From NCBI GenBank assembly GCA_964188305.1, contig OZ076892.1: DNA of 64,000 nucleotides, one strand, 5' to 3'. The notes under the pieces were generated by a model. It was given only the letters and a program-made list of their open reading frames with translations, was not told the origin of the DNA and did not search any database. Numbering within the stretch: position 1 is the first letter of the stretch; each line of letters opens with the position of its first letter. This stretch comes from Podarcis bocagei (taxonomy: Eukaryota). Below, in pieces: positions 60,795 through 64,000 of this stretch. The position numbers and the translations under genes are program-made.

Positions 60795-61420
60795 ATGTTA
60801 TTTATAAATTTTGTATCCTGCCCGTTTCTCCAAAGGAGCCCAGGGCAGCAAACATTTCAGTGCCAAAGCCATACAATTAAAACATCTAAAAACAGTTTAA
60901 AAACACTTCAACAAAACAACAGAAAATTCCTAGAAGCAAGTGCCTACTCTCCAACTATTTATTCCACAATGCCAAGGACAGAATTCTCAACGATGAAATG
61001 TCTGGGCAAACAGGAATGTCATCAGATTTCTCCTTAAAAAGTGAATAGTGAGGGAGACTGATGCACCTGATTAGGGAGGGAATTCCACAAATAGGGTACC
61101 ACCACCAAGAAGGCCACTGACCATGGGCCACTGCCAACTGAGCGATCCACAATGGTGGCACCACCAGCAGGGCCTCCCCTGATTACCATAGGTCCCAAGA
61201 TGGTTGGTATTGAGGAGGGCACTCTTTTAGGTACCAACCAACTTTGCAGCTGTATTCTACAGTAGCCACAGTCTCTGAACCATCTTCAAGCCCTGTGGTA
61301 GTCCAGACAGGAGGTTACCAGGTTATTTTGATCTAGAAACCAGCCTCAGCTGGGCATAAGCACTTCTAGCTACAGAAGCCACTTGAGATACCAGGGACAA
61401 GTTGGAATCCAGGAGTACTT
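60795..61420 (-). mobile_element. L2-clade LINE 3' fragment
   Basis: ORF 61034-61237 (-) contains AFLVVVPYLWNSLPNQVHQSPSLFTF, matching the L2 ORF2 end (AFS..AP.LWNSLP..IR...SL..F). Similar short ends at ~5120-5400, ~26360-26460 and ~58210-58480 (all +). Confidence 0.7.
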
Positions 61421-64000
61421 CATAGATTCATAAAGCACAGGACTCTGAATGGCTTTTAGCCCAAATGGGTACCTGCCATGTTCAGAGGAATTTCAGATAC
61501 AGCATGCCACTGAGCAGCAACAGCAAGACAGGAAGCTGTCTTCTTCCTGTGAGCCTGCTGGAGGCATCTGATTGGCCACTGCTGGAAGTAAAGATGGGGG
61601 TGGGGAGAGAAGGTGGTCCCTGGCCCCACCCACTGCCACCATGTGGTTCCTGACAGATAAGGACCCATATCCTTGGGGTAGTCAGAAAAAATATTCCCCA
61701 GACCTGCCCTAGATGGGCCCTCCTGATCTAGGAAGGGTCATCTTATAGACTCACTGCAAATAGATGTTTCTGGGTGTAACTTATCAAAGCCCATCTATTT
61801 TATTTATTTATTATATTTATAATCTTATCTTTCCTTCATGAGCTCAAGGTGCATGCATGGTTATCCCCCCCTCTCATTTTTATCCTCACAACAACCCTAT
61901 GAGGTAGGCTGAGAGACTGTGACTACCCCAATATCACCCAGTGAGCCTTGTGGGCATGCAAGGGTTCCATCCAACACTCTCACTGCCTGTACCACACTTT
62001 TGCCAGAGTGTGAATTATTACCACTACCAGGATTGGTTAAATGTTTTGTGATGAAGCCTAGAGGAAAACATCCTAGTAATACAAGGCTGAAAAAATACTT
62101 TAAAAAACGAAATATGCTTCTTTCTTATCTCTCCCCCCCCCCCCCCAGTGCTTTGAAGAGCTTCAGCTTTCAGAGCACATTGACTAGAAACAAAAGGATA
62201 CAGAGGCCGAAAATTTTGGTTCTTTGGGTGGAATAGAACAGGCAGGCAGTCTAAGGAACTGTGTCTGTCACAGAGGGGATGGGAAAGTGTTTAAACTGGC
62301 TCTGTATTTATTGAGTTCTCTTCAAGTAAGCAGTAAAGTCAAGTCTGAGGCATTGATCTAGTTCTTTACTGGAAGACCATAGCACGTTTTAAAAATAGTG
62401 ATTACATTCTGATAATTGCAGTTCTGTAGAGAATTCCAGTAGTTGGACACAATATAGCCCATAGTTTTCTTGTGATCCCTTCCCATGTTATGGGGGAATG
62501 CACTCATATTTTCAAGTCTCCTCCGTTACACAGAACAAGGAATACTCTAGTACAAGAAGATACAATGGCATGTTATGGAGATGTTGTAAGGCTGAAAGAC
62601 ATATCATGCAAGGTTCTCAAACAAAAATCAGCTGCATAACAGGAATTAGAATAGGACTTTGTTTATTTATGTTGCTGAGTGGCCATGTTTGTAAGTAAAA
62701 ATAAACCAGTTTTTTTGGTTCACGGCTTGTTGCTTCCTAACCAACAAGCCAGCAACAGACCAGGACGTAAGGTTCACTAGTGCTCATGGCTTGTTATGGA
62801 GAAACAAACTAGGATCCTTAGTTCAGGTGCAGCTAAAGTTTGATGGTTTGGTATCCTGCTCACACCAGGCAAGGAGCACAGCAGACTGATTGATTTTTAT
62901 TTATTTTTATAGCAGGGCAGGGGGGAATCTAGACCACTTATTATTTAAAAAAATATGAGGCACAAAAATAAATAAAAATCTAAAATCCACAAACAATAGA
63001 ATACAAACACAGCACCAGAAATATTGAGATAAAAAGATAAGAGGTCCAGCCTTGCGGAGGGGGTGGTGGTGGTCAGAATAGCCTTGAGCAAAAAGTTACG
63101 TTTTGAAGAGGAACCTAAAACAAATAATGGATGGTACCTCACAGATTGCAGAGGGAAAGGAATGCCAAGTGGGTGGGGTAACCATAGAAAAACCCCTTTA
63201 GGGATGGAAAGATTTGCCAATTTTGGTTCTTTTGGCTGCTCATTTTTCCAGTCTTAAATTCAGTTTTCCACAAATTGCAGCTACAGTATTTACATTTTTT
63301 TAAAAAAAATCCTCATGAAAATTCATCATCATTTTAGGAATTTCCCCTAATAGAAACATTTTCATATGCAGTCTTCACTAATTTTTGCAAGTAATTTCCT
63401 CCAGTAGAAGACATTTTTGTATGTTATTTCTCAATTCTACTCAGAGTAGACTTACTGAAATTAATGGACCCAAGTTAGTACCGTTAATCCACTTCAGCAG
63501 GCCTGCTCTGAGTAGAACTAACATTGGCTACAACCCTTGGCTTATAATTATGTGAGAATGTGGTTGGGGTGTTAAAGAAAGGGCAAAACAGCTGGATTAT
63601 TAACCTTCTAACTGCATTAAAGATTGCCCATGCTCAGTGCTGGAAAACATTCAACAATTCCATCTGTTAGAGAGTGGTTATTTAAAGTTGCACATATGGC
63701 TAAACTGAGATGGCATATAGAAGGAATGGACAAAATTATGAACTGAAACTAACTTTTTTGATTAGGTACATTCGACATTGGTCAGTTCAGAGGCTATTGA
63801 GCTGTACAAAGATACAGTCTGGCTGGCAAACAGGCTCCCTGCCTGCCCCCCTACATCCTATGTTAGAGAAAACCAACCTTATCATTATTTAGTGTGGTTT
63901 GAATCATTTTTTTGTTACAGAAAAGAGATGGCCCGTCTACCTTCCCTTGTGAGGGAGTCCCACAATTGTGGTGCTGTCTCTGAAAAGGCCCTGCCCTGTG

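Noticed and set aside
1-64000. Host protein-coding gene
   Set aside because: None of the short ORFs resembles a recognisable cellular protein. Small exons cannot be excluded without RNA-seq or a homology search.

Overview
Vertebrate genomic DNA, not prokaryotic. It is AT-rich, CpG-depleted and transposon-dense, consistent with a large intron or intergenic interval. The repeat complement (young CR1 LINE, tRNA-derived squamate-type SINEs, Penelope-like elements, hAT/Tc1-mariner/Harbinger MITEs) points to a squamate reptile, probably a lizard (inference). No host-gene exon could be recognised. The only real long ORF is an uninterrupted, slightly 5'-truncated CR1 ORF2 (APE endonuclease + RT, 21376-24060) with its 3' UTR and (ATTCTATG)n tail. 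Two Penelope-like (PLE) insertions carry minimal hammerhead-ribozyme motifs. (1) A ~1-kb fold-back element at 12514-13527 sits inside a (TA)n microsatellite. It has 385-bp arms with no mismatch seen, one hammerhead motif per arm on opposite strands, a 90-codon stop-free frame missing from the ORF track, and a 7-bp hairpin at the inversion junction. (2) A 139-bp element at 53805-53943 begins at a hammerhead motif and is flanked by an exact 11-bp target-site duplication inside a SINE. Several repeat-free, CpG-retaining blocks are candidate regulatory elements. Repeat family names come from recognition by eye and were not checked against a database.
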